This document shows, one piece after another, positions 1 to 9,876 of a DNA stretch of 44,441 nt (positions within the stretch are counted from its first letter, which is position 1; each line of letters begins with the position of its first letter). Both the position numbers and the translations under genes were made by a program. The notes under the pieces were generated by a model. The model saw only the letters and a list, made by a program, of their open reading frames with translations, did not search any database and had not been told where the DNA came from. Source of the DNA: Candidatus Thorarchaeota archaeon (GTDB lineage: Archaea > Asgardarchaeota > Thorarchaeia > Thorarchaeales > Thorarchaeaceae); contig RDNZ01000019.1 in assembly GCA_011364905.1 (NCBI GenBank), positions 4,354 through 48,794 on the forward strand, read 5' to 3'.

Positions 1-252
1 GCCATATTGGTAAGCGAAGAAGAATAGGATTGCAGCTGGCAACGCAGAGTGTGTAAACCAATCGCGGTGATGAAAAATCCGGTCGGCCACCTGATCAATG
101 TCGGGGACCTCAGAACCGAGGGCTGCGATTAGTCCTAAACCTACAAGCAGGATGTCCTCTGGATACTCAAAATGGGTATGCCAGAAGTATATCATGCTAT
201 AAACAACAAAGAAGAAGAATCCAAACCACAGATGCCATGTTCTGCATGCCAT
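1..252 (-). CDS. Membrane-bound metal-dependent hydrolase, YdjM/LexA-binding family (runs off window edge; not in ORF track)
   Basis: Manual translation from ATG at 252: MACRTWHLWFGFFFFVVYSMIYFWHTHFEYPEDILLVGLGLIAALGSEVPDIDQVADRIFHHRDWFTHSALP...; PDxD and HRxxxTHS motifs, hydrophobic helices, GGTG upstream. Confidence 0.75.
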   Translation of the reverse strand, partial: MACRTWHLWFGFFFFVVYSMIYFWHTHFEYPEDILLVGLGLIAALGSEVPDIDQVADRIFHHRDWFTHSALPAAILFFFAYQYG

Positions 253-399
253 TGTTTTGCACCAGCATTTTTCAGTTTGCCACTGAAATGTGGTAGACGT
301 AAACAATCAGATTGCTGACTCACCTATAAAGCTTCTACTACGACCCACCTATTTTGTAAGTCAAAACCTATGTGTACGGGATTATACCGAGTCAAGGGA

Positions 400-831
400 T
401 CAGGAAGGAGTACTGCTTCTACTTGTAGCAAAGTAATATGCGACAACTGATGCAACGAAACTACCAAGCACTCCCATGATTGCGCTAAACTTATCCAACT
501 CAATCTGGTTGAATACAGTCATGACAACAACCAGTGTGAATAGTGCAAAGATCCAGACTGCCAACACAGCTCTCATGTTCTTGCGCAGACTCAACATCTG
601 CACTGCGCTCTCGCCTGCTTTCTGGAGAGCATGGATTGTTGTCAGTATCAATGTCTCGTTTACTACGATGATGAATGCAATGCCTAGCCCTAGTCCAATG
701 CCAAGCGCAAAGACCACAGTAGTGATAGTATCTGTCATAAACCAGAAGAATATGACTACAAGTGTGAGAAGCCAACCGACGACAAACCAGCCGACGAGAG
801 CAGTCCTCTTATGTGAATTCGTTTCAGTCAT
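400..831 (-). CDS. Hypothetical membrane protein (~4 TM)
   Basis: 143-aa ORF with four hydrophobic segments, GGGGAG RBS upstream, C-terminal GSFVASVVAYYF. Confidence 0.7.
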   Translation of the reverse strand: MTETNSHKRTALVGWFVVGWLLTLVVIFFWFMTDTITTVVFALGIGLGLGIAFIIVVNETLILTTIHALQKAGESAVQMLSLRKNMRAVLAVWIFALFTLVVVMTVFNQIELDKFSAIMGVLGSFVASVVAYYFATSRSSTPS

Positions 832-988
832 CTTTTATCATCTCCCCTTGCATCCCCAGTAATTGTCATGCACTTCGTCCTAAAACATCTTTCCTCAACT
901 CGTAATCCCAAGATTATTCCACCCAACCAGAGTCTTGTGAATGATGGCATAGAGCCTTATCGGTTTGACCACCGAGTTGTCGCAGGTT

Positions 989-2608
989 TTAGATGAGAGA
1001 GCTATTTATTATCTCAATCTGGAACATCTTGGCATCATTCCAGAGTTCACACGTCTTATACAAGCCCCATAAATACGTACCATCCCAGGTTATCCCCGAA
1101 ACTCCTCGAGCAACATCATAGACTTTACCTTCAATGGTCCCATCCTTTGTGAATGCAAAGAGATACTGTCCATTACCAGTCCAGAAGTGAGTACCATTCC
1201 AAGTGATCGGACCCACAAGATCCAGACCAGGCATAGCGATTTCCCTATTTATTGTCCCATTCTTGAAGAGCTCAAACATCTTTGTGCCTTGTCTGTTAGG
1301 GATGTAGAGATAAGTGCCATCAGTCGCCAGGCTCTGACGAGCACCTGTTTCATTTTCTGGAATAGAGAAGGAGTCATAGACAGTAACGCCGGTCTCATTG
1401 ACCTTGAACTTCACAATCTTTAGTAAAGAGTGATCTTGCGTCCAGAAGAACTCACCATCAAAACAGAAACCTCTCGGTCCCAAAATCTGAGAAGTGCTAA
1501 AGGTGAATGTAGTAGAGTTGCCCGTCGCGGGATCTACCCGGACTAGGTCTCCCGTACCCAGTTTCCAGAGGTAGCCATTTGCATATTCAAAGGCCCACCC
1601 AAAACCTAATCCTGCACCGACTCGGCTCACAACCCTTCGAGTTTCATCCTCCTCTGGGAAGACATACATGTATTGATCCTCAGGGTCCCCGGGAGTATAA
1701 CCCAAATCATGGTCCTTGAGGTCAGCAAAATCGAGTTCGGGAATAGGAAAGGACACATTGCCAAAATCATTGTTGGACTTCACAAGGGTGCTTGTTGGTT
1801 GTAGTTTCAGAATAGCGGTATCATTATTGAAGCCATCAAACTTGTTTCCGGTTACATTTGCTTCTGCGATACCTGCAACCGAGATTGCAGGTGACTCCGG
1901 AGCATGATAGTTATAGAAATAATTGCCCACGACAGTGACTGATGAATCAAACACTATGAAGGGTATGTGCCCCCCAGCGAATATGTTGTTACGAATGACC
2001 ACGTCATAGTTGTATTGCTCCAGGGCAATCTCATGATAACCATTTTGATACAGAAGATTGTATTCAATCACAGGGGATGATCGTTCCATGTATATGCCCT
2101 CAGCGTTTACCCAACGCACAATCGAGTGGCTGATATTAACTTTCGAATCAAACTGAGAAATTCCAAGACCAGAGAACTCCACTATCACATACTTGAAGAC
2201 CGATGAATTGGTGTTGTACAGGTCGATGCCATTCCAATCACCATTAACTGGTACGTCTGCATCAGATGTAAACCAGATTTGCTTGTCTGGTGTTCCAATG
2301 GCCTTCACTGTACCGCCTACAACAGTAAAACCGATGGTACTTTGATTCTTGTAGTCACGAGAAGGCGCAAAATGAATTTTTGTTCCAGGTTCTATGGCCA
2401 GGGTAACGCCAGAAGGTACAACAATAGACGCATTCACGAAAATCGGTCCCGACCAGGTCTCATTTTGAAAAATTGTTCCACCTTTAAAAACGGGCTCTTC
2501 CACAAGCTCTGGTAGGAACAAGTAATAGTAGTAAATGAGAAGCGATGAACAAGCAATCGTGCAGATGAGAATCACGGCTAATACCTTTCTCCTATCCAAA
2601 AAGAACAT
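989..2608 (-). CDS. Membrane-anchored extracellular protein: right-handed parallel beta-helix plus C-terminal glutaminyl-cyclase-like beta-propeller
   Basis: N-terminal TM; VPSGVTLAIEPGTKIHF...GTPDKQIWFTS...GDWNGI typical of beta-helix proteins; repeated GFCFDGEFFW / SLATDGTYLY / ITWNGTHFW / GITWDGTYLW blades. ATG 2608 chosen; TTG 2626 also possible. Confidence 0.7.
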   Translation of the reverse strand: MFFLDRRKVLAVILICTIACSSLLIYYYYLFLPELVEEPVFKGGTIFQNETWSGPIFVNASIVVPSGVTLAIEPGTKIHFAPSRDYKNQSTIGFTVVGGTVKAIGTPDKQIWFTSDADVPVNGDWNGIDLYNTNSSVFKYVIVEFSGLGISQFDSKVNISHSIVRWVNAEGIYMERSSPVIEYNLLYQNGYHEIALEQYNYDVVIRNNIFAGGHIPFIVFDSSVTVVGNYFYNYHAPESPAISVAGIAEANVTGNKFDGFNNDTAILKLQPTSTLVKSNNDFGNVSFPIPELDFADLKDHDLGYTPGDPEDQYMYVFPEEDETRRVVSRVGAGLGFGWAFEYANGYLWKLGTGDLVRVDPATGNSTTFTFSTSQILGPRGFCFDGEFFWTQDHSLLKIVKFKVNETGVTVYDSFSIPENETGARQSLATDGTYLYIPNRQGTKMFELFKNGTINREIAMPGLDLVGPITWNGTHFWTGNGQYLFAFTKDGTIEGKVYDVARGVSGITWDGTYLWGLYKTCELWNDAKMFQIEIINSSLI

Positions 2609-2766
2609 CTCCCTTACTGCATCCAACCTACATACGCGTTATTTGTGTCTTTTCACAAAATGAGCTGCATATGTTCCTTGAATATATGCAATGACATCTT
2701 TGAAAGGCAATATTGAAATGGTACTTGACGAATCGTTCTCGAAGGATTCTAAAACAGTGAACAACC

Positions 2767-3171
2767 ATGGATGAAGCTCAAAGGGAAACGTTGTTTCTAA
2801 CCATCAAGTCCGTGATTGACGGGATTATAGCAGATAAGAGGGAAAATCCAAAGAACACCAAAAGACTGGATTCCTTCAAGGGCAGAATCAACATCGGACT
2901 ACATGTGGAGGAGAATGAGATTGTGTGGATCAATCTCGTCGCAAAAGATGGCGAGTACACTGTATCGCCAGGGCCTCTTGAGGAATGGGATCTTGAGTTG
3001 ATAGCCGACCCTGAGGATCTGATGTTTTTCTGCAATGGTCAGTATTCAGTGACCCACATGATGATGAAGAAGAATCGCTTTGGAGAGAGAAAACTTCGGT
3101 TCAAAGGGAGGGCATATGGCAAGCTCCTTGCTTTGCCCAAAATACTTGTGCTAGACAAAAAGGAAAACTGA
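2767..3171 (+). CDS. Divergent SCP2 (sterol carrier protein-2)-like lipid-binding protein
   Basis: Pattern ..INLVAKDGEYTVSPG..WDLELIADPEDLMFFCNGQ..KLRFKG resembles the SCP2 fold; adjacent to a clearer SCP2 gene. Confidence 0.55.
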   Translation: MDEAQRETLFLTIKSVIDGIIADKRENPKNTKRLDSFKGRINIGLHVEENEIVWINLVAKDGEYTVSPGPLEEWDLELIADPEDLMFFCNGQYSVTHMMMKKNRFGERKLRFKGRAYGKLLALPKILVLDKKEN

Positions 3172-3183
3172 GAGGTATTATGA

Positions 3184-3633
3184 ATGGTTAAATTCGGAAG
3201 TCCAGAGTACGCGGAACTACTCATTGATGCCATAAACTCGAATGAGGCATATGCAAAAGCAGCAGATTGGTGGGAAGGCGACTTCGTCTTCCAAGCTGAG
3301 CCATACGGTGGTCTTAATCATACGATCAAGATATGGGTTGGTCTTTACCATGGTAAATGCACCGGTTCTAAAATTCTAACAGAAGGTGAAGATTATACGC
3401 TCCTAGAGAAGGGGCATGAATCTTCAGGCAAGCCATTTGAGGTAGAATTCGTCTACACTGCGAGGATTGACGTCTGGGAGAAGATTCTAGGAAAAGAGCT
3501 GGATCCAATCAGAGCTCTCCTCTCCGGGCAGGCCAAGATTCAAGGTGACATGGCCAAAGTACTAAGAGCAACAGACGCAGCAAAAGAACTGGTGGCTAGT
3601 GCTACAGCAATAGAAACGGAGTTTTATGACTGA
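3184..3633 (+). CDS. SCP2 sterol/lipid-binding domain protein
   Basis: FGSPEY..AINSNEAY.KAA..WEGDF, WEKILGKELDPIRALLSGQAKIQGDMAKVLR match the archaeal SCP2 pattern; GAGGT RBS. Confidence 0.8.
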   Translation: MVKFGSPEYAELLIDAINSNEAYAKAADWWEGDFVFQAEPYGGLNHTIKIWVGLYHGKCTGSKILTEGEDYTLLEKGHESSGKPFEVEFVYTARIDVWEKILGKELDPIRALLSGQAKIQGDMAKVLRATDAAKELVASATAIETEFYD

Positions 3634-3674
3634 TTTAACTGACAAGAGAGTTCACGCTAGACGGATGGATGTAA

Positions 3675-5546
3675 ATGCTGAAGGGGTATATGGGCAAGAT
3701 ATTACGAGTCAACCTCACTGATGGGACAATAAAAGAGGAGTTTCCTGATGACGAAATCCTCAGGAAGTATTTGGGCGGTGCAGGACTCGCCACATACTAT
3801 TTGATTAACGAGACTGAGAAAGGGATTGACCCACTGGGTCCTGATAACAAGCTCATTTTCATGACTGGACCACTGACAGGAACCCAATCGCCTAGTGCCG
3901 GGAGATATAGTGTAGTGGCCAAATCACCCCTGACAAATCTCTGGGGGCAAGCCAACTCTGCGGGTTTCTGGGCGAAGGACTTCAAACGGGCGGGCTTTGA
4001 TGGTATAATCTTTGAGGGAAAATCTCCCAAACCTGTGTATCTCCTGACTGAGGAGGGAAAAGCTGAACTCAGAGATGCAACAGATATCTGGGGAAAGAGC
4101 ACATCCGAAACTACAAGGATTCTGAAGGAAAAGCATGGGCCAAAACACAATGTATCCTGTATCGGTCCAGCAGGAGAAAACCTTGTCAAATATGCTGCGA
4201 TTATGAATGACTGCGACGAGAAATATTTTGGCCGTGCAGCAGGAAGATGCGGTCTCGGAACTGTGATGGGCTCAAAGAACCTGAAGGCAGTCGTGGCATA
4301 CGGTAAGGCAACAATCCCGATTGCCAATCCAGAGGAATACAGGACTGAGGCCAAGAAACGGTTCGATTGGGTAAACCAGAGTATGCTCAAGATGACTCTG
4401 GAGGTCTATGGAACTGCGACTATGGTCGACCTCTGCCAAGTTGTTGGGGGTCTCCCTACCCGTAACTTTCAGACTGGCGTCTTCGAAGGAGCCGATAATA
4501 TCAATGGCACAGCTCTGAATGACACCATCCTCGCATCACGCAAACCATGTTTTGCATGTCCCATTGCTTGCGGCAGGATTGTAGAGATTAAAGATGGTAA
4601 GTTCAGGAGTAGAGGAGAGGGACCGGAGTACGAATCGATAGGTGCATTTGGCAGCATGTGTGGGATTGATGATCTCGAGGCAATCTCGATGGCGCATTTC
4701 CTATGCAATGAGTATGGCCTCGATGTAATCTCAGCTGGAACAAGCATGGCCTTTGTAATGGAGTGTTTTGAGAAGGGAATCTTAACAAAAGATGACACCA
4801 ATGGAGTTGAATTCAAGTTTGGGGACAAGGATGTCATTGTGGACATGGTTCCAAAGATAGCCATGCGTGAGGGATTCGGGAATGTCTTAGCAGAGGGAAC
4901 CAAGAGAATGGCTGCAAAGTTCGGCAAAGGTTCTGAACATTTCGCCATGCACGTCAAGGGACTTGAACTACCAGCATATGACAGTCGTGCCGCAAAGATC
5001 ACCGGTCTTGCCTATGCTACTGCAAATAGAGGTGGCGACCACATCACTGCATGGATAGAGGGACCAGCGTTTCTCTCAATGCCATTCATGATTGTGGATG
5101 ATGCTGATGTTGGAGACGGCCAGAAGGAGATTCCTGAGAAATCAGTGATACTGAAGGACTTTGAAGATGCCTTTCAGATCTTTGACGCTGTGGGTGCATG
5201 CAAGTTCATGGGCATCGTGATGACCGCGGATGACTGGGCGGTGCTGTTGTCCAAGCTCATGGGAATCGAGTATTCAGCCACTGACTTTCGGACGACTGGA
5301 GAGAGACTCTACAATCTTGAAAAGGTCTACAACATCCGTGAGGGAGCCACACGGGATGACGACACCCTTCCCCCAAGGTTGCTGGAAGATCCACTCCCCG
5401 AGGGTCCTGCAAAGGGCTTGGTCGTTGATCTTGAACCTATGCTCACAAGCTACTATGAGTTTCGAGGATGGGACAAAGAGGGGATACCTACAAAGAAGAA
5501 ACTCACTGAACTTGGGCTGGAGTGGGCCATTGACCAGATTTATTGA
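3675..5546 (+). CDS. aor: Tungsten-containing aldehyde:ferredoxin oxidoreductase family protein
   Basis: GYMGKILRVNL, YLGGAGL, KSPLT, CIGPAGENL, GRCGLGTVMGSKNLKA, CFACPIACGR Fe-S motif, GPEYES, DDTLPPR, YYEFRGWD..GIP. Confidence 0.93.
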   Translation: MLKGYMGKILRVNLTDGTIKEEFPDDEILRKYLGGAGLATYYLINETEKGIDPLGPDNKLIFMTGPLTGTQSPSAGRYSVVAKSPLTNLWGQANSAGFWAKDFKRAGFDGIIFEGKSPKPVYLLTEEGKAELRDATDIWGKSTSETTRILKEKHGPKHNVSCIGPAGENLVKYAAIMNDCDEKYFGRAAGRCGLGTVMGSKNLKAVVAYGKATIPIANPEEYRTEAKKRFDWVNQSMLKMTLEVYGTATMVDLCQVVGGLPTRNFQTGVFEGADNINGTALNDTILASRKPCFACPIACGRIVEIKDGKFRSRGEGPEYESIGAFGSMCGIDDLEAISMAHFLCNEYGLDVISAGTSMAFVMECFEKGILTKDDTNGVEFKFGDKDVIVDMVPKIAMREGFGNVLAEGTKRMAAKFGKGSEHFAMHVKGLELPAYDSRAAKITGLAYATANRGGDHITAWIEGPAFLSMPFMIVDDADVGDGQKEIPEKSVILKDFEDAFQIFDAVGACKFMGIVMTADDWAVLLSKLMGIEYSATDFRTTGERLYNLEKVYNIREGATRDDDTLPPRLLEDPLPEGPAKGLVVDLEPMLTSYYEFRGWDKEGIPTKKKLTELGLEWAIDQIY

Positions 5547-5576
5547 GCTCAAGTGCACCAAAAAGAGATGGTTGCG

Positions 5577-7259
5577 ATGACGACATCATATCAGGACAAG
5601 CCCTGGCTCAAGGCATATTTCTTGGGCCCGTACAAGCTTAAACATTCGATGGAACCGTATCCCGAGATGAATGTCTATTCCTTCTTGGAGGAGTCTACAA
5701 AGGAGTTCCCCGGGAACATCGCCTGCGTGTATGCGGACGAGGAGATGACTTACAAGGAACTCAAAGACAAGGTTGACAGGTTATCCTCCGCCCTTATTGA
5801 CCTTGGAGTGAAGAAGGGGGATCCTGTGGCAACGGTCCTTCCGTCCTGTCCTGAGTTTATCATTGTGGACTATGCCTGTATGAAGGTTGGAGCCATCCAT
5901 GTACCGTTGAGTATCCTCCACAAGGCAGATGATCTTCTGCATGAACTCAAAGAGAGCAAGACTGAGGTGGTCGTGTGTTCCTATCGACGAGTACCTCGTG
6001 TGAACGAGGTGAAACCCAGCACAGAAGTGAAGACAGTAATCTACACCCCCACGAAGATTTTTCCAGATTATGCAGCCCCAGAGATGGATGAGATTTCTGA
6101 GCCTGGCTACTACCTGCTCAACGACTTGCTGGAAAAACACAAACCTCACACTGAGCAGGTTGAGATCAACCCGAAAGAGGACATCGCCCTTCTCCCATTC
6201 ACCGGGGGGACAACCGGAGTCCCCAAGGGCACGATGTTGACACACTACAACCTGACGTCTAATGTCATCCAGACAATTCACTGGATGATGGCTCCTCTGA
6301 AAGTGGGTATCGTCGGTAAAGGCGCGACTGCGATTTGTGTACCCATATTTCACATGTATGGACACTGGGCAATCCATGCAAGTATCTCTTGGGGATTGAA
6401 GATTTTTCTGTTGGACCCAAGAGACATAGAGAAGATTGTGGAAGTAATCAATGAATACCGACCAGCCATTGTCTTTGCAGTACCAACTCACTACACATTC
6501 TTCTGCAACATGCCACTGAAAAAGGGACAGATATTCTATTATTCAGCTGCTGCTGCTTTGCCTCCGGACCTTGCTGAGGAGTTCGAAAAGATCTCTGGTG
6601 TACCTATGGGTGAAGGTTACGGGGCTACAGAAACCTCTGGAGGCGCAACGGTCAACATCTCTGCGTTCTCGAAAGTCACAGGGTTCATGAAGCAGGTGAA
6701 GCGTGGTGTTGGTGTTCCCCTGCCAGATACAGAGATACGAGTAATCGACCCAGAAACAGGAAAGGAGTTACCTGTTGGTGAACCCGGTGAGTTATGGGTC
6801 AGAGGTCCCCAAATCATGGCTGGTTATTGGCCAAATCTAGGTTCAGGCTTAGAGAAAGACGGCTGGCTGAGGATGGGGGATATAGTGGTCATGGACGATG
6901 ACGGATATTTCAAAGTGGTGGATCGAATTAAGGACATGATCAACGTATCTGGCAATAAGGTGTATAGCCGGGTCATCGATGACCTCCTCTATGAACATCC
7001 TGCGGTTGAAATTGGAGGAGTGATTGGTATTCCAGATCCAGATAGAAAAGGCAGTGAGAGGGTGAAAGCGTTCATTCAATTGAAACCCGATTTTAAAGGC
7101 AAGGTCTCGCAGGAGGAGATCATAGACTATCTGAAGGACAAAGTCAAGCCCTATGCAGTTCCGAAATCTGTGGAGTTCCGTGATGAGCTTCCGCTAACGC
7201 TTATCATGAAGCTGCACAAGAAAGTGTTGAGGGAAGAGGAGCTAGCAAAACAATCGTAG
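5577..7259 (+). CDS. Long-chain fatty acid--CoA ligase (AMP-binding family)
   Basis: FTGGTTGVPKG, EGYGATET, GELWVRGPQIMAGYW, GWLRMGD, DRIKDMINVSG, terminal K motif; start uncertain (5553/5568/5577). Confidence 0.9.
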   Translation: MTTSYQDKPWLKAYFLGPYKLKHSMEPYPEMNVYSFLEESTKEFPGNIACVYADEEMTYKELKDKVDRLSSALIDLGVKKGDPVATVLPSCPEFIIVDYACMKVGAIHVPLSILHKADDLLHELKESKTEVVVCSYRRVPRVNEVKPSTEVKTVIYTPTKIFPDYAAPEMDEISEPGYYLLNDLLEKHKPHTEQVEINPKEDIALLPFTGGTTGVPKGTMLTHYNLTSNVIQTIHWMMAPLKVGIVGKGATAICVPIFHMYGHWAIHASISWGLKIFLLDPRDIEKIVEVINEYRPAIVFAVPTHYTFFCNMPLKKGQIFYYSAAAALPPDLAEEFEKISGVPMGEGYGATETSGGATVNISAFSKVTGFMKQVKRGVGVPLPDTEIRVIDPETGKELPVGEPGELWVRGPQIMAGYWPNLGSGLEKDGWLRMGDIVVMDDDGYFKVVDRIKDMINVSGNKVYSRVIDDLLYEHPAVEIGGVIGIPDPDRKGSERVKAFIQLKPDFKGKVSQEEIIDYLKDKVKPYAVPKSVEFRDELPLTLIMKLHKKVLREEELAKQS

Positions 7260-7286
7260 CAGAGAAATATAGGAGGAGTGAACTGA

Positions 7287-7832
7287 ATGCTGGACTTCCT
7301 AGTCGGTGCGTACTCTATTGAGGAGTTCAAAAAGTACTATAGCACATTGTCTGACCTTCAAGAGTTCTATGTGAGGCGCACTCACAGAGAGCCGGGACCC
7401 TTCGAGCTTGGTCCAGATGAAGAGCAGCATGTTTTGAGAAACCCAGATCACCTGATTATATTCACTAATGAAGGAGAGATTGTTGGTCATTGCATCTGGC
7501 ATGAAACGAGTACTGAAGATATGATTCCGGGTGACCCCCGGGAGGATGAGGATAAGGATTGTCTGCACAATCTCTTTGAAGGTGAGAGAAACAATCTTGT
7601 AGAGCTGCATGAGCTCTGGTTGAGGACTGATTACAGAGGGAGGGAATACGGTCGTCAGTTCTTCAGCTTTTTCGAGGCCTATATAGAAGCGGCTGGATTT
7701 GATGGTATAGTGTACTATACAGACAATGAAGCAGCCATTGCCCTCTGCAGAAAGAGAGGCTACCGAGAAGCATTTCTGAAGAGCGATAAATGGTATGTGT
7801 TTGCTTTGCCATTCTTCCTTCTAAAAGAGTAG
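7287..7832 (+). CDS. GNAT-family N-acetyltransferase
   Basis: LHELWLRTDYRGREYG (motif A), NEAAIALCRKRGY (motif B); GGAGGAG RBS. Confidence 0.8.
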   Translation: MLDFLVGAYSIEEFKKYYSTLSDLQEFYVRRTHREPGPFELGPDEEQHVLRNPDHLIIFTNEGEIVGHCIWHETSTEDMIPGDPREDEDKDCLHNLFEGERNNLVELHELWLRTDYRGREYGRQFFSFFEAYIEAAGFDGIVYYTDNEAAIALCRKRGYREAFLKSDKWYVFALPFFLLKE

Positions 7833-7887
7833 ACTAATTACGGACTTCTTGCAACAACGGAAACTTGAAAAAACAGGAGACTTCGCC

Positions 7888-8745
7888 ATGGTTGATTTGA
7901 ATAGAGAATTTCTTGGGAAGGAGTATCGCTCTGGTCCTCAACTTGTAGACCCTGAGAGCATTCGACAATATGCACTCGCCACTAATGAAAAAAACCAACG
8001 GTACCAGAGCGATAAACTCGATGAACTTGTACCGCCTCCAATCTATCCTGTTGTGTTCCTCCCTGGAATACTAAGCCAGCTTGTAGATGATGCAGAAGAG
8101 ATGAACTTCAACATCATGAGAGTAGTTCACGCAGAGCATCATATGATGTGGAAAAAGCCACTTCATCCAGGAGACAAGATTCAGACCACTGCAAGGATTG
8201 TCACTATGGAGCGACGTGGAATAAATGAAATCCTAGACCTGTCAATTCAATGCAAACGAGATGATGATATAGTAGTGGAGATGACCTACAGGCTTCTCTC
8301 GAGGGGTGAGAAGAAGGAGGGAGAGAAGAAGGCCTCTTCTGATGTTGATGTTCCTAAGAAAGGAAAACTCCTAGTAAAGCAAGAATCTGTGGTCACAGCA
8401 GATCAGGGGCTGCGGTATGCTGAGGCATCAGGCGACCACAATCCCATTCATAAAAGCGATGACATTGCGAGAAGCGTTGGACTTCCCAGAGCAATTCTTC
8501 ACGGACTGTGTACTATGGCACTTGCATCACAGGCTATCGTAGATGGACTCCTCAATGGTGATCCCACGAGAATGAAGAGCATGGGTGTTCGTTTTGCACG
8601 ACCTGTACTACTTGACCAGACCCTGACCACCGATGTGTATGACGCAGGTGAGAGTAATAAGGGAGTGAAGGTCGTTCACTTCGAAACAAAGGATGAGAAT
8701 GATGCCCCGGTTCTGACTCAAGGAACTGCAGAGCTCATTGAGTGA
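7888..8745 (+). CDS. Double hot-dog MaoC-family (R)-enoyl-CoA hydratase/dehydratase
   Basis: N-domain VVHAEH; C-domain YAEASGDHNPIH..A...GLPRAILHGLCT hydratase-2 motif; AGGAG RBS before ATG 7888. Confidence 0.88.
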   Translation: MVDLNREFLGKEYRSGPQLVDPESIRQYALATNEKNQRYQSDKLDELVPPPIYPVVFLPGILSQLVDDAEEMNFNIMRVVHAEHHMMWKKPLHPGDKIQTTARIVTMERRGINEILDLSIQCKRDDDIVVEMTYRLLSRGEKKEGEKKASSDVDVPKKGKLLVKQESVVTADQGLRYAEASGDHNPIHKSDDIARSVGLPRAILHGLCTMALASQAIVDGLLNGDPTRMKSMGVRFARPVLLDQTLTTDVYDAGESNKGVKVVHFETKDENDAPVLTQGTAELIE

Positions 8746-8834
8746 TGCCAGCCCTGTTTTCTAGATAGACTGATTACATGGTTGTTCACTCTCTTCAGTC
8801 CAGAGAAGCATTATCCGAGAGGCGACTTAGTTCT

Positions 8835-9860
8835 ATGACAGCACCGTTTAGAGTGATACAGATTGGATTTGGATCGCTTGGCAAGCACATTTCGAGTTCG
8901 ATATTGAAAAGAGAGAATCTTGAACTGGTATCAGTGATTGATGCCAATCCAGAATTAACAGGCAAAACTCTCAGGGAGCTACTTCAAGATGAGACTGACA
9001 GTGAGGTTTCATTGACTGAAGATTTGCATACAATCCTGAAGACGGGTGATGCAGACATTGCCCTGGTGGCAACCGCTTCGTCAATCAAAGCGGTCTTTCC
9101 AACCATAGAGGCGTGCCTCAGGTCCGGACTAAATGTTGTTTCAATCTGCGAAGAGCTATCATATCCCTATCAAAAGAGCCCTGACATTGCAGGGAAACTA
9201 GACCAGATAGCCAAAGAGAATGGCAAGACCGTGGTGGGAACTGGTATCAACCCAGGGTATCTGATGGACCTACTTCCAATCGTTCTTACAGGACCATGTC
9301 AGACAGTGGACACAATTCGCGTGACCCGCCACATGAACTCAAGCTACCGGAGACCTTCATTCCAGAAGAAGATAGGGACCGGAATGACCAAAGAGGAGTT
9401 CAGAAAGAACATTGACGAGGGAAAGATCACAGGACATGTTGGGCTCGTTGAGTCAATTCAGATGATTGATGCGGCATTGAATCTCGGACTGGATGAGGTC
9501 AAGGAGCTACCAACTGAAGCAATCATCGCAAAGAACAAGATCACCAACTCTTTCACGACCATTGAGAAAGGAAATGTCCTTGGTCTGAGGAGTAAGGGTG
9601 TGGGTAAGAGAAAAGGAGTGGAAATAGTCACTCTTGACTTTCAAGCATACGCTGAGGCAACACCGCAGTATGATGAAGTAATCATAGAGGGCATTCCTAG
9701 AATGCATCAAAGAATCGAGGGAGGAGTTCAAGGAGACCAAGGCACTATCGGGATGCTACTGAATATGATTCCCATGGTGATAAAAGAATCACCAGGCTTC
9801 AAGACGATGAAGGACATTCCAGTCCCCAGAAACACAATGAGATATTGGAAAGAAGCTTAG
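8835..9860 (+). CDS. NAD(P)-dependent amine dehydrogenase, 2,4-diaminopentanoate dehydrogenase (Ord)/DapB-like family
   Basis: IGFGSLG Rossmann motif, NVVSICEELSYP, GTGINPGYLMD, QKKIGTG, GHVGLVES, GGVQGDQGT. Confidence 0.8.
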   Translation: MTAPFRVIQIGFGSLGKHISSSILKRENLELVSVIDANPELTGKTLRELLQDETDSEVSLTEDLHTILKTGDADIALVATASSIKAVFPTIEACLRSGLNVVSICEELSYPYQKSPDIAGKLDQIAKENGKTVVGTGINPGYLMDLLPIVLTGPCQTVDTIRVTRHMNSSYRRPSFQKKIGTGMTKEEFRKNIDEGKITGHVGLVESIQMIDAALNLGLDEVKELPTEAIIAKNKITNSFTTIEKGNVLGLRSKGVGKRKGVEIVTLDFQAYAEATPQYDEVIIEGIPRMHQRIEGGVQGDQGTIGMLLNMIPMVIKESPGFKTMKDIPVPRNTMRYWKEA

Positions 9861-9876
9861 TTTGGAGGAAAACAAA

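Noticed and set aside
476-862. 128-aa + strand ORF
   Set aside because: Thr/Asn/Met-rich mirror of the hydrophobic minus-strand gene
3797-6491. Long minus-strand ORFs (3797-4390, 4469-5002, 5781-6491)
   Set aside because: Antisense shadows of AOR and the acyl-CoA ligase
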